Source: a virus (lineage: Duplodnaviria > Heunggongvirae > Uroviricota > Caudoviricetes). From it: DNA of 64,000 bases. Location: positions 1-64,000 of the IMG/VR virus record IMGVR_UViG_3300000304_000005. One strand, written 5' to 3'. Below, piece after piece: positions 49,257 to 57,890 of this stretch (its first letter is position 1; each line of letters begins with the position of its first letter). Below the pieces are notes generated by a model, which saw only the letters and a program-made list of their open reading frames with translations, ran no database searches and was not told where the DNA came from. The translations under genes and the position numbers were made by a program.

Positions 49257-49958
49257 ATGATTAAATTTGAGAATGCTGAGACTATGGGTTGGGAACACGT
49301 TATCAGAGGAATGCGAAATCCTTTAAACTCATGGAGTAAATCAGATAGTGAATGGCAAACTGATTATTTTGGAACTGACATCTTCTCTGAAACTTCGTAT
49401 TACAAAACTAATAGCAAATTTGAAGTTGGCTCCAATGACTTGAATCTTATGAAGCGTCTTCATAATGCCGGTACCGACCATCGTAAATTCATGCGTATGA
49501 TTGCAGTATATGTCGATATCACAGCGCCTTTATATTGGTGGAAAGAGTTTGACACATACAAGGTTGGAACGGTTGCAAACTCGTGTAGCACGATGCATAC
49601 AATTCATAAAAAGGCATTCACGCAAAATGATTTTTCTTGTGAACATCTCGACCCGGCAAATCTTCTGGTACTTGATGAAATTATCTTTAATCTGAACACG
49701 TCACGAGACCGATATTTGAAAAGCAAGGATAAGAACGACTGGTGGCAAATGATTCAACTTCTGCCGAGTTCGTACAACCAGAAACGAACGGTTATGCTAA
49801 ACTATGAAGTTCTTGCAAATATGTATAAGTCTCGTAAGAATCATAAACTTGATGAGTGGAGAGAGCTGTGCAAGTGGATTGAATCATTGCCTTATTTTGA
49901 GCTTATCACGGGTATTAAGAATACAAATGAACAGGTGACGGCAAATGACAAAGATTGA
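49257..49958 (+). CDS. ThyX-like (flavin-dependent thymidylate synthase family) protein with divergent active-site motif
   Basis: Pattern HRKFMRMIAVYVDITAPLYWWKEFDTYKVGTVANSCS parallels the ThyX core H..F.h.F.h.AP.F..RQ.FRHR....N..S, but RHR is replaced by DTYK. Downstream LANMYKSRKNHKLDEWREL resembles the ThyX C-terminal helix. Confidence 0.4.
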   Translation: MIKFENAETMGWEHVIRGMRNPLNSWSKSDSEWQTDYFGTDIFSETSYYKTNSKFEVGSNDLNLMKRLHNAGTDHRKFMRMIAVYVDITAPLYWWKEFDTYKVGTVANSCSTMHTIHKKAFTQNDFSCEHLDPANLLVLDEIIFNLNTSRDRYLKSKDKNDWWQMIQLLPSSYNQKRTVMLNYEVLANMYKSRKNHKLDEWRELCKWIESLPYFELITGIKNTNEQVTANDKD

Positions 49959-50436
49959 AGTCCTGCAAAGCAAGAATTCACAACAAGCAAAGATAGATGT
50001 TATCATTGACAAACTCGTCTCATACATTAAAGACTATACTAAACACGAACTCGAAGATGTATTAAATAATGAAGAACAATCTAGCGGCAATGAACCTGAT
50101 TATATTGCTTCTTATACCGATATCTGTAACAGTATTAAGCATCAAATGAATTATAACGAAGACGATTCTTGCCAAGATGAACAAGATGTACAACATGACT
50201 CGGTAAATCATCCAAATCACTATAACGATGGAAACATTGAGGTTATTGATTTTATTGAAGATAAAAATCTTGGCTTTCATCTTGGCAATGCAATCAAATA
50301 TATTTCTCGTGCCGGTAAAAAACATGAACAAGGTATGAGTAATAAGCAAAAGGAAATTAATGATTTACGTAAAGCCATGTGGTATATCAATTGTAAGATT
50401 GACCAGTTAAAGAACGAGGGAAAAGATGAAAATTAA
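49945..50436 (+). CDS. DUF3310-like phage protein
   Basis: HPNHYNDGNIEVIDFIEDKNLGFHLGNAIKYISRAGKK matches the conserved DUF3310 core seen in many phages. Confidence 0.4.
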   Translation: MTKIEVLQSKNSQQAKIDVIIDKLVSYIKDYTKHELEDVLNNEEQSSGNEPDYIASYTDICNSIKHQMNYNEDDSCQDEQDVQHDSVNHPNHYNDGNIEVIDFIEDKNLGFHLGNAIKYISRAGKKHEQGMSNKQKEINDLRKAMWYINCKIDQLKNEGKDEN

Positions 50437-50732
50437 AGCCAAGCAAATTATAGCAACAATAATCTTAATGATTTTTGCTATAATCTTAATTGCAAGCTTT
50501 CCAATTGTATTGGTTGTCGCATCATTCTTTGCTATAGCTAATTTATTTATGTGGGCTTTAGATAATTGCGGAATTGATTTTTAATTGTTAAATCTACAAT
50601 AATAACAAATATGATTACTAATAAAGATAAAACAACACTAAAATCTGAGATTGAGCGGATATTAAACGAAATCTTAAACGATAAACATGATGCTAAAATT
50701 CAAGTACAATTCATAAGACAAACGTAAAAATA

Positions 50733-50772
50733 AGGGATATAGCCAACATAGGCTATATCCCAATTCTTTTTT
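50733..50772 (+). terminator. rho-independent terminator ending the plus-strand block
   Basis: GGGATATAGCC-AACAT-AGGCTATATCCC hairpin followed by AATTCTTTTTT. Confidence 0.6.
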
Positions 50773-50928
50773 ATCAAAAACTTGCTATCATCTTTTATGT
50801 TGATTTCAAATTATATATTTGTATTATATTTAAAACGTTAAGCTGATAATGTTATATATACGTTTTGTCTTAAACGTTATGGTTAATGTTATAATATAAT
50901 ACAATACGCAATATATTTCATTGGCGTA

Positions 50929-50966
50929 AAAAAATGGGCAGCACGATTTAACGCACAGCCCATCTG
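50929..50966 (-). terminator. rho-independent terminator ending the minus-strand block
   Basis: Minus-strand reading: AGATGGGCTGTGCGTTAAATCGTGCTGCCCATTTTTTT. Confidence 0.55.
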
Positions 50967-51097
50967 TTAAAAGAATAATAAATTATTACTCTTTAATATC
51001 TTGGTCAGCATCCAAAAGAGATTGCACCTCGTCTCGCCAAATACTTGGTACTCGCTCGATTGTATATAAACCTTTTTTAATTAAATTATAATAAATT

Positions 51098-51370
51098 TTA
51101 GCCATTTACATCACCAGCAATCATAGTACCCAATTCCGCTATTGCTAACATTATTTCCGCATTCTGCGAATCGCTTTGCTCTTTTGCCATTTGAAGATAT
51201 TCATCGATAGAATACTGAAACTCATGATACTCATAAACAACAGCATCTTTCATTTCTTCATCGGTAATTTCCAATTTTTTAATGTCAGTATGAACATAGA
51301 CAACATTTTTATTGATAACAAAAGGAAGCGCTTGCTCCGCTGAGCCTTGAACTATACCGATATCTTTCAT
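51098..51370 (-). CDS. hypothetical acidic protein downstream of DGR RT
   Basis: 90-aa ORF abutting the RT stop. Strongly acidic, so unlikely to be Avd. Confidence 0.35.
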   Translation of the reverse strand: MKDIGIVQGSAEQALPFVINKNVVYVHTDIKKLEITDEEMKDAVVYEYHEFQYSIDEYLQMAKEQSDSQNAEIMLAIAELGTMIAGDVNG

Positions 51371-51372
51371 GA

Positions 51373-52419
51373 TTACCTTCCCTTCTTAATGTTTTCACGA
51401 TAGTATTTATTAATATATGGTACCAATGGAGCAGAATATTTTTCATATAATCTTCTGCTATTGCACCATTTTAACCAACCTGCATAGCTGTTGAATGTAC
51501 AGTAATCAGAGAACGTCAATTCATCTCGATGTTTGTACATATTCAGCATCTTTCGTTTATATCTCTGGCATGTTCCTTTTCTTAATAAAATAAAATTATT
51601 AAATGTTCTATATCCAACAAAATCAACACCTCTAATATTTGTCGGGAAGACCTGCCAGTTAGGTTTCATTTCAAGTTTTAACTCGTTGTGTAGATATTCT
51701 TGCATCTTGACAAGTTGTTTGTGAAGAATATCTTTTGATGCATTGAACACAACCATATCATCCATATATCTAATAACATATTTACATTTAAGCTCTTCTT
51801 TAAGCCAATGGTCGAAATATGCTAGATAAAAATTGGCAAGATATTGTGATATATAAGAACCGATTGGAACCCCAACATCACCATGGCTATCTATAATCAA
51901 ATCAAGCAACCATAATAACTCAGGGTCTTTAAATTTCTTCCTAAGCAATTGCTTCAAGATATCATGGTCTATGTTTTGATAAAAATGCCTAATATCTATT
52001 TTCAAACAATACATAGAATTCTCTTCATCTTTAATGCTCTTCTTCGTTTTCTTCAGAGCATAATGAATCCCTCTATCTTTCAATGACGCACATGTAAAAT
52101 CAGTAAATACCTTATTAAACACATGTTCGATTTGCAACAGAATAGCCCATTGAATTATTCTGTGTGGATAATATGGAAGTTTCCATAACTCTCTTTCCTT
52201 GCCCTTATCATTAATTACCGATACAGTATAATCCTGCATTGAAATATGATATGTATGCTCTTTGAGCATCTTTTGAATCTTTTTCATATAGGGCATAGGA
52301 TTCTTATCAATTTTTTTAACAGCTCTATAAAACTGTTTATCTTTGCGTGCATTTTGATGTGCCGCATATAAATTTTCTATAGAATAGATTTTCGAATACA
52401 CATTTCCTAGTCTTTTCAT
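51373..52419 (-). CDS. diversity-generating retroelement reverse transcriptase
   Basis: RT motifs including YMDDMVVF (YxDD) and the DGR-specific motif 4 variant PIGSYISQ (IGxxxSQ instead of group II QGxxxSP). 348 aa with no maturase/X domain. Adjacent TR/VR pair. Confidence 0.7.
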   Translation of the reverse strand: MKRLGNVYSKIYSIENLYAAHQNARKDKQFYRAVKKIDKNPMPYMKKIQKMLKEHTYHISMQDYTVSVINDKGKERELWKLPYYPHRIIQWAILLQIEHVFNKVFTDFTCASLKDRGIHYALKKTKKSIKDEENSMYCLKIDIRHFYQNIDHDILKQLLRKKFKDPELLWLLDLIIDSHGDVGVPIGSYISQYLANFYLAYFDHWLKEELKCKYVIRYMDDMVVFNASKDILHKQLVKMQEYLHNELKLEMKPNWQVFPTNIRGVDFVGYRTFNNFILLRKGTCQRYKRKMLNMYKHRDELTFSDYCTFNSYAGWLKWCNSRRLYEKYSAPLVPYINKYYRENIKKGR

Positions 52420-52792
52420 ATATTTCCTTAATATTTATTACGTTTTCTTCTCGAACTTTCGAATCCCAATAATGAGATTATATATATGGCATACATGTTT
52501 AAATCAAACACGCTACAACAACTTATACTCATTGATTTAAGATGTATAGCAATCTATATCATCATCATTTTTTTTCGTCGTGTTGATATGTTATATTCTA
52601 CTCCCCTTCTTTACAGACAACATTAAAAGAACAAATCAACACAATATATATTGAAACCTACTAATACAATTTTATTGAAAAATATGTTTTGCCAAGAGGC
52701 ATGGCATAAATACTCGTACTGATTATCTATCATCGGGATTTAAGGAATAAAGTCCCGACAATAAGCAAAATAAAAATAAATAAATTAACGTA

Positions 52793-52921
52793 ATGAAGTA
52801 GGTGAGTGGTGATATTCGAATTCACACCTGAAGGTGAATTGTTCACATTCAACTGGAAAGTGCCTGCATTAGTACCATTATTCCAATAGCTGCCGAAATT
52901 AGGAACGTGACCAGTGTACAA
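52793..52921 (-). repeat. DGR template repeat (TR)
   Basis: 129-nt repeat aligning with the 3' end of gene 53175..54500. All of >20 mismatches are TR-T (sense-strand A) versus VR C/A/G on the given strand. Confidence 0.7.
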
Positions 52922-53174
52922 ATTAGCCCAATAAAAAAATACTAATCAATACAACTCCGTTGGAATTAATAATTTTATTGTTACTAAAACAATTATTATT
53001 ACTATCAACAGCGTCTAAAGAAATAACTCACGGAGATATATCTCAGACAGAAACCACCGTTTTCATATTTATGCCTATATAAAACCATAATTTATTGCAT
53101 GGCATTACCATGCCATATAGCTTTAATTAAAATAAAATAAAATTTAAATTAAATTACTGCTTTGAAGTTATTCT

Positions 53175-54500
53175 TTATGCGGGGTTAGAAGAAAACTTCT
53201 TATAAAGCAGGCGAGCGGTGATATCCGAATACACACCTGAAGGCGAACTGTTCACACTCAACAGGAAAGCGCCCGCACCAGCACCAAGATGCCAACAGCC
53301 GCCGAAACCAGGAACGCGACCAGCGTCCAAACGAGCCCAATCTGTATAGTATGTGGAAGCCGAGCCACCTACAGCTTTCGCTACAAAGCCACCATGAGTA
53401 GTGCCGACAATCTCGCTCATATAATTACCAATATCCGAAGTAACACCGCTAGGAACGCTATATTGATAATTTGTTCCATTAGCAACACCATCAAAATTCT
53501 TATAATAAGTTAAGATATTACGAGACGCATCAGAATAGCAACCATCTACCCAAGCTAGGCAATTACCCCAGAAATCCTCAATACCAAGCCATTTGATATG
53601 TGCAGTGTTACTAGCAGTACCATACATAAATCCAAGTGAATCTGTAGCACCGGTATTCGTCTTAGCGCTTGCGCCAACGTAGCCCTGACCAAGAGCGGCT
53701 TGACCGTCACGGGTCTTATAAATCAACAAGAACAGACATTGCAAAAGCGTCATAGGATAGAATGAGAAAAGTTCATATCCATCACCACGAGCATTCGCAT
53801 ATGCACGAGAATTGATAAGACTGATATCAGTTGTCGGCTCTGCACCGGAAATGGAATAAAGCTTATTGCTGTCTACATGACCAAGATAAGCGCCGATATA
53901 AATCTTATCGCAATCACCCAAAGTCTCTTTACTATGGGCAGCATAACAATATGTATCAGCATCGGGGTCATTTGTAACCCAAATATAATGATAATCATCA
54001 TCCATAGTCATCTTATAACCCATCTTGGGAATTTCAACCATAACATCACCAGCGGTGGTAGAGTTAATTGTAGATTCCGTACCATCTTCCTTTTGAGCAT
54101 AGTTATTAGGATTCAGATAATACTCAACCTGACCATCTTTAAGCAGACATGGCTTGATATCTCTAAATAACGGCGTATCCTTCCACTTATCCCAACCCGG
54201 ACTCATACCTTCTGCATCGCCAATATATTCAACAGCAGTAGCAGGGTCGCTTGTATCTCGCCTAATACGCACGCCATAATATTTCTTGCCAGTACCGGCA
54301 ATCATATCAACTTCGGTCTTGCTGTAAACCTCTAGGTTTTCCCTAGCATCATCAGCATTAGAAGCACCGGTTCCACCCTTGCTAACAGGTAGAACACCGG
54401 ACACATCATTCATTGTATGGGTATGGCCTTTAGGAGAACCCCAGTTCTTAATAAGCTCTGATAGCAAGGTAACACCCTTTTGTCCCATATACTTACCCAT
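53175..54500 (-). CDS. DGR target: tail-fibre-like receptor-binding protein with C-terminal variable (C-type-lectin-like) region
   Basis: N-terminus has tail-fibre-type HTHT/NxxGxLP motifs. The C-terminal ~45 aa (GRVPGFGGCWHLGAGAGAFLLSVNSSPSGVYSDITARLLY) is the diversified copy of the TR translation (GHVPNFGSYWNNGTNAGTFQLNVNNSPSGVNSNITTHLLHY). Confidence 0.65.
   Translation of the reverse strand: MGKYMGQKGVTLLSELIKNWGSPKGHTHTMNDVSGVLPVSKGGTGASNADDARENLEVYSKTEVDMIAGTGKKYYGVRIRRDTSDPATAVEYIGDAEGMSPGWDKWKDTPLFRDIKPCLLKDGQVEYYLNPNNYAQKEDGTESTINSTTAGDVMVEIPKMGYKMTMDDDYHYIWVTNDPDADTYCYAAHSKETLGDCDKIYIGAYLGHVDSNKLYSISGAEPTTDISLINSRAYANARGDGYELFSFYPMTLLQCLFLLIYKTRDGQAALGQGYVGASAKTNTGATDSLGFMYGTASNTAHIKWLGIEDFWGNCLAWVDGCYSDASRNILTYYKNFDGVANGTNYQYSVPSGVTSDIGNYMSEIVGTTHGGFVAKAVGGSASTYYTDWARLDAGRVPGFGGCWHLGAGAGAFLLSVNSSPSGVYSDITARLLYKKFSSNPA
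53203..53331 (-). repeat. DGR variable repeat (VR)
   Basis: Direct alignment to the TR. Substitutions are confined to positions that are adenine in the TR sense strand (Asn AAY codons become Gly/His/Leu/Ser/Tyr/Asp/Ala). Confidence 0.7.
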
Positions 54501-54746
54501 AAAATCACCTCCAAAATATAAGGCCCCGTCAAATCAACAGGGCCTTAACTTATATGTTCATATTACTTAAAATAACCCTTCAATACGTGTAAATATCAGA
54601 GGGTAATTTGCCTTTGTTATAGAAGAACATGCAATAACCCGTTGCCTTGGGAAAATGCATTTTAATGTCGTACCATGAAGCACCGTTTGAATACCTGATT
54701 ACATCTTGATATAGAAACACTTCTTCTTCAAGTAAATCTCTAACTT

Positions 54747-55187
54747 TTAAACCGAACGACTCTTGACCTGTAGGAGAGCTGATGATAGTTCATCCAATTT
54801 ATCTTGCAATCCTGCAACCTGCGAGATGGAATGTGTATGAATCTCATCAGCCTTAGCGTTTAACTCGCCTTGCAGACCGGTGATATTTGCAATGGTATGT
54901 GTATGGTTTTTATCTGCTTTGCCATCCAAAGACACTTGCCAGCCCTCAATATCGGATGCAGTGTGCTTATGACCCACAGAAGACTTATCGTTTAAAGCGT
55001 TATATAGGCCGTTGACATCTGCCATCTCATGTTCGTGAAGCAATTGCGCAGCACCTAAAGATTGTGGAGAGTGCGTGTGTTCTTTAAGCGAATATGCCAA
55101 TGCGTTATACTGGTCTTGTAGTTCCTTAAAATAGTCTAAACTATTTGGTGTGATAACCTTAATCGCCATACTCATCACTACAATCAA
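54747..55187 (-). CDS. tail-fibre-like protein with HTH(T/S) repeat motifs
   Basis: Repeats KNHTHTIANITGLQGELNAKADEIHTHSISQVAGLQDKL typical of phage fibre shafts. Confidence 0.4.
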   Translation of the reverse strand: MIVVMSMAIKVITPNSLDYFKELQDQYNALAYSLKEHTHSPQSLGAAQLLHEHEMADVNGLYNALNDKSSVGHKHTASDIEGWQVSLDGKADKNHTHTIANITGLQGELNAKADEIHTHSISQVAGLQDKLDELSSALLQVKSRSV

Positions 55188-55780
55188 TCAAACATAGCGC
55201 TGGCATTGGCATTGATTGCCGCAATGATATCACCGGTAGCACCATTCCAGATTGCCATAATCTCAGCATTAGACAACTCATCTGTAGCACAGCTTTCATA
55301 TAGGTCATTCTTAATCTCTTGTTTAATTTGCTCAGCCGTGATACGCTCGATATTCTCTACATATTGATAATCGCTTGGTTTCGCTCTTTGATAAACAGGA
55401 ATCTCAATCTTCAAAATAGTCTTCTGTGAAGACACGTCGGTTTTATCCGTGATATAAACATACACAAGCAATGGGTATCTATCTTGAAGAAGAATATTAG
55501 GTACAGCGACGCTGATTGTGGTTGCATTTTCAACGGTAGACCTTACGATAAGTGCCTCCTTGCTCAAAGCATTCGCGAAATGAACTTCTGGTGCAATTGT
55601 GAATATGCCGTCATCGCCATTATGAACGACGATTTTCATAGTTTGGTCAACGTCCCATTGCGTATAATGGTCAACATAATTACCATAAACATCTAAACAA
55701 TCTACATCCAACATGTCAACACCTCCATTCATTATCAATATCCTCGTATATCTTCTATAAACGTGTTGCTCTTCAGGCAT
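55184..55780 (-). CDS. hypothetical structural protein
   Basis: 198-aa ORF in the tail gene string. Confidence 0.35.
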   Translation of the reverse strand: MPEEQHVYRRYTRILIMNGGVDMLDVDCLDVYGNYVDHYTQWDVDQTMKIVVHNGDDGIFTIAPEVHFANALSKEALIVRSTVENATTISVAVPNILLQDRYPLLVYVYITDKTDVSSQKTILKIEIPVYQRAKPSDYQYVENIERITAEQIKQEIKNDLYESCATDELSNAEIMAIWNGATGDIIAAINANASAMFD

Positions 55781-56343
55781 TCCTCGTAAGCCTCGGTTAT
55801 GATACGATATGCGATATCAACCTCACCATTGGTCATTCCGTTCTTAGTGATGATATCCTCATAATCGTTATATATTTTCATAACCCTGTTGAATTGCTCT
55901 CGTGTGAAAAGGTTGTCCGTATTGGATACACGGGCTGCAAAATCGATAATCGTGTTGCGCTTGTTCTCGATGATAAGCTCCAATATATCTTTGCTCTGTG
56001 CATCTAGTTTATCGCTTACCATATTGATGAGTTGTCTATTCTCGATACCTCTATCCGTAACCTCATTCATCCAAGCGTTTCTCTTCACTATGTTATCATC
56101 ACTGTAATGCTTGTTCACATCATTAAGCAACGTCTTTACCTCATCAACGATTTCAGGCATATGAGCCAATGCGTTTCTTGCTTCCTTTCTTTTCTTGAGC
56201 CAATGTTTAACTCTCATAAATTCAGGAACCACCTTGCCTTTAAAAGTTAAAAAATCTCCGATTAACTGCATCACACAATATATCAAGATGATGCCCACCA
56301 CAATAAAAGCGGGGAGTTCTAACACCTCTAGATAATCAAGCAT
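55735..56343 (-). CDS. hypothetical protein with N-terminal TM helix
   Basis: 202-aa ORF with one N-terminal hydrophobic helix. Adjacent to the lysis genes. Confidence 0.3.
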   Translation of the reverse strand: MLDYLEVLELPAFIVVGIILIYCVMQLIGDFLTFKGKVVPEFMRVKHWLKKRKEARNALAHMPEIVDEVKTLLNDVNKHYSDDNIVKRNAWMNEVTDRGIENRQLINMVSDKLDAQSKDILELIIENKRNTIIDFAARVSNTDNLFTREQFNRVMKIYNDYEDIITKNGMTNGEVDIAYRIITEAYEECLKSNTFIEDIRGY

Positions 56344-56494
56344 ATATCATACACGTCCTTTCGTTAAGGAATCATAGAAACAAAAGGACATCGATAAAAT
56401 GCCCTCGATAAATTCCAACTTACATTATTTAAAAAAGAAGAGATTAATATTAATGTCGTTTGCTATTTTTATCATTTAAAACCGTTCTTAGGAC

Positions 56495-56745
56495 CTATAA
56501 ATATCTGCAATCTATCCATTCCCTCGCCGAATATACCAGCATATCGCCATCGTCTATAAAGTAATGTGCAGATGCTTTTCTGTTCACGCTCTTGAAGTAT
56601 ACAGTATTGTTATACGCAGAACCCTCTTTGGTAGAAGTTGTGCCGACATTGTGAATCACAATCCATTTCTTCTGATTACTACCGACATATCTGTTGATTG
56701 TTGTAATATTGTTTTTAATGATTGGCACAACAGTCAATCTCTCCT
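56495..56745 (-). pseudogene. N-acetylmuramoyl-L-alanine amidase (amidase_2) N-terminal fragment
   Basis: KWIVIHNVGTTS...NRKASAHYFIDDGDM matches the first ~80 residues of amidase_2/PGRP lysins, but the ORF stops before the remaining catalytic residues. Preceded by a terminator. Likely start is a TTG after AAAGGAGAG. Confidence 0.3.
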
Positions 56746-56777
56746 TTGTTATTTGATAATAGAATAAAGCAATAATC

Positions 56778-56812
56778 AAAAAAGAGGGAGGCTCAATTAA
56801 GAACCTCCCCAA
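56778..56812 (-). terminator. rho-independent terminator after holin gene
   Basis: Minus-strand reading: GGGGAGGTTCTTAATTGAGCCTCCC followed by TCTTTTTTG. Confidence 0.5.
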
Positions 56813-56844
56813 AATTTAAAACATATATATTTAGTTGTTACAAA

Positions 56845-57129
56845 CTATTTAGACTTAGGCTTATCATAAGTCATAGCCTGAGCGGAGTCACCAATGCCCT
56901 CGGTAGTAGGGTCAGTAACGGTGTTCCATAGGGAAACAAGCATGGATACTACGACAACGGGATTGCCCATTGCGGTGAGAAGGGTGGAGCCTAGAGTAGT
57001 CCAAGAGGTCATATCCTCCCAAGACATACCGACACCGACGATAAGAGGAAGCGCGATAGATGCAATAACTTGTGCCCACCACATAGGATTATTTACACGT
57101 ACAGTCCAGTTAATGTTCATAAACATCAC
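56845..57129 (-). CDS. holin
   Basis: 94 aa. N-terminal NPMWWAQVIASIALPLIVGVG TM helix, second TM, and charged C-terminus. Resembles Gram-positive phage holins. Confidence 0.5.
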   Translation of the reverse strand: MMFMNINWTVRVNNPMWWAQVIASIALPLIVGVGMSWEDMTSWTTLGSTLLTAMGNPVVVVSMLVSLWNTVTDPTTEGIGDSAQAMTYDKPKSK

Positions 57130-57162
57130 TCCTTAATTAGTTTTTTTGTTTAAGCAACGCTT

Positions 57163-57480
57163 TTATTCAGCATCGTTTGATTCAGCATATTGACTCAGAA
57201 GATTATTGTATTCCTCGTTTTCCTTTTCATATTGCTGCGTTGCAGACTTACGAACCTCGTCATAGAAATCACGTACAACATATTCCATGATTACGAATGG
57301 AAGACCCGAATCATTTGCTGCTTGAATAAGTTTTTGTAAAAACTCATTACGAACAAGAACAAGAGGTTTGCGTAGCTTGATGTCTTCTTCTGTCGGGGTG
57401 TTTTGAGCTTGAGTAGCTGTATCTGCATGAGCAGCAGTATTATTATCAATAGGCTCTGCGTTCACTTTCTTTGTTGTCAT
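57163..57480 (-). CDS. hypothetical protein
   Basis: 105-aa ORF. Confidence 0.35.
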   Translation of the reverse strand: MTTKKVNAEPIDNNTAAHADTATQAQNTPTEEDIKLRKPLVLVRNEFLQKLIQAANDSGLPFVIMEYVVRDFYDEVRKSATQQYEKENEEYNNLLSQYAESNDAE

Positions 57481-57530
57481 ATTCTTATCCTTTCTTATTA
57501 TTGATTATAATTATTGCAAGTTATTATCAG

Positions 57531-57890
57531 CTATGATTCGCTAAGACTTAGAGGTTGTCCTTCTTCAAAAACATCTGTTGCGCCTTCGAATTTTGATAGC
57601 TGTTTAAGTGCATGATATGCACCTGTAATAGACATAGTTTCATCATAAGGAACAATATATGATGATATATCCATATATGGCATAGAAACACTATTATCGT
57701 TTCCACTTTCAAAAATTTTTTGTTTATTGCGAGAATCGCTATTAAGATAACTTGCTACTTCTATAATATTTTCTTGATTTACTAATATATTGAGCATTGT
57801 AATACGATGATAGCTTGTTTCAATACCATTTGGCTGTACAATTAATTTGTTAAGCGCCATAAAACTGAACCTCCACTTAAAAATTACCAT
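57531..57890 (-). CDS. hypothetical protein
   Basis: 119-aa ORF overlapping the giant tail gene stop. Confidence 0.35.
   Translation of the reverse strand: MVIFKWRFSFMALNKLIVQPNGIETSYHRITMLNILVNQENIIEVASYLNSDSRNKQKIFESGNDNSVSMPYMDISSYIVPYDETMSITGAYHALKQLSKFEGATDVFEEGQPLSLSES

Noticed and set aside
51373-52419. RT as a group II intron maturase
   Set aside because: Motif 4 is IGxxxSQ (DGR type), there is no X/maturase or En domain, and a TR/VR pair with adenine-specific substitutions is adjacent. No GUGYG...AY intron ends seen.
52730-52921. ORF-track CDS (63 aa) on the minus strand
   Set aside because: It coincides with the DGR template repeat. Its Asn-rich translation is the un-mutated copy of the target C-terminus, so it is a non-coding TR rather than a gene.
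56746-56812. N-terminal 22 codons of listed ORF 56495..56812
   Set aside because: This segment overlaps the holin terminator hairpin and has no amidase similarity. The likely real start is a TTG after AAAGGAGAG.
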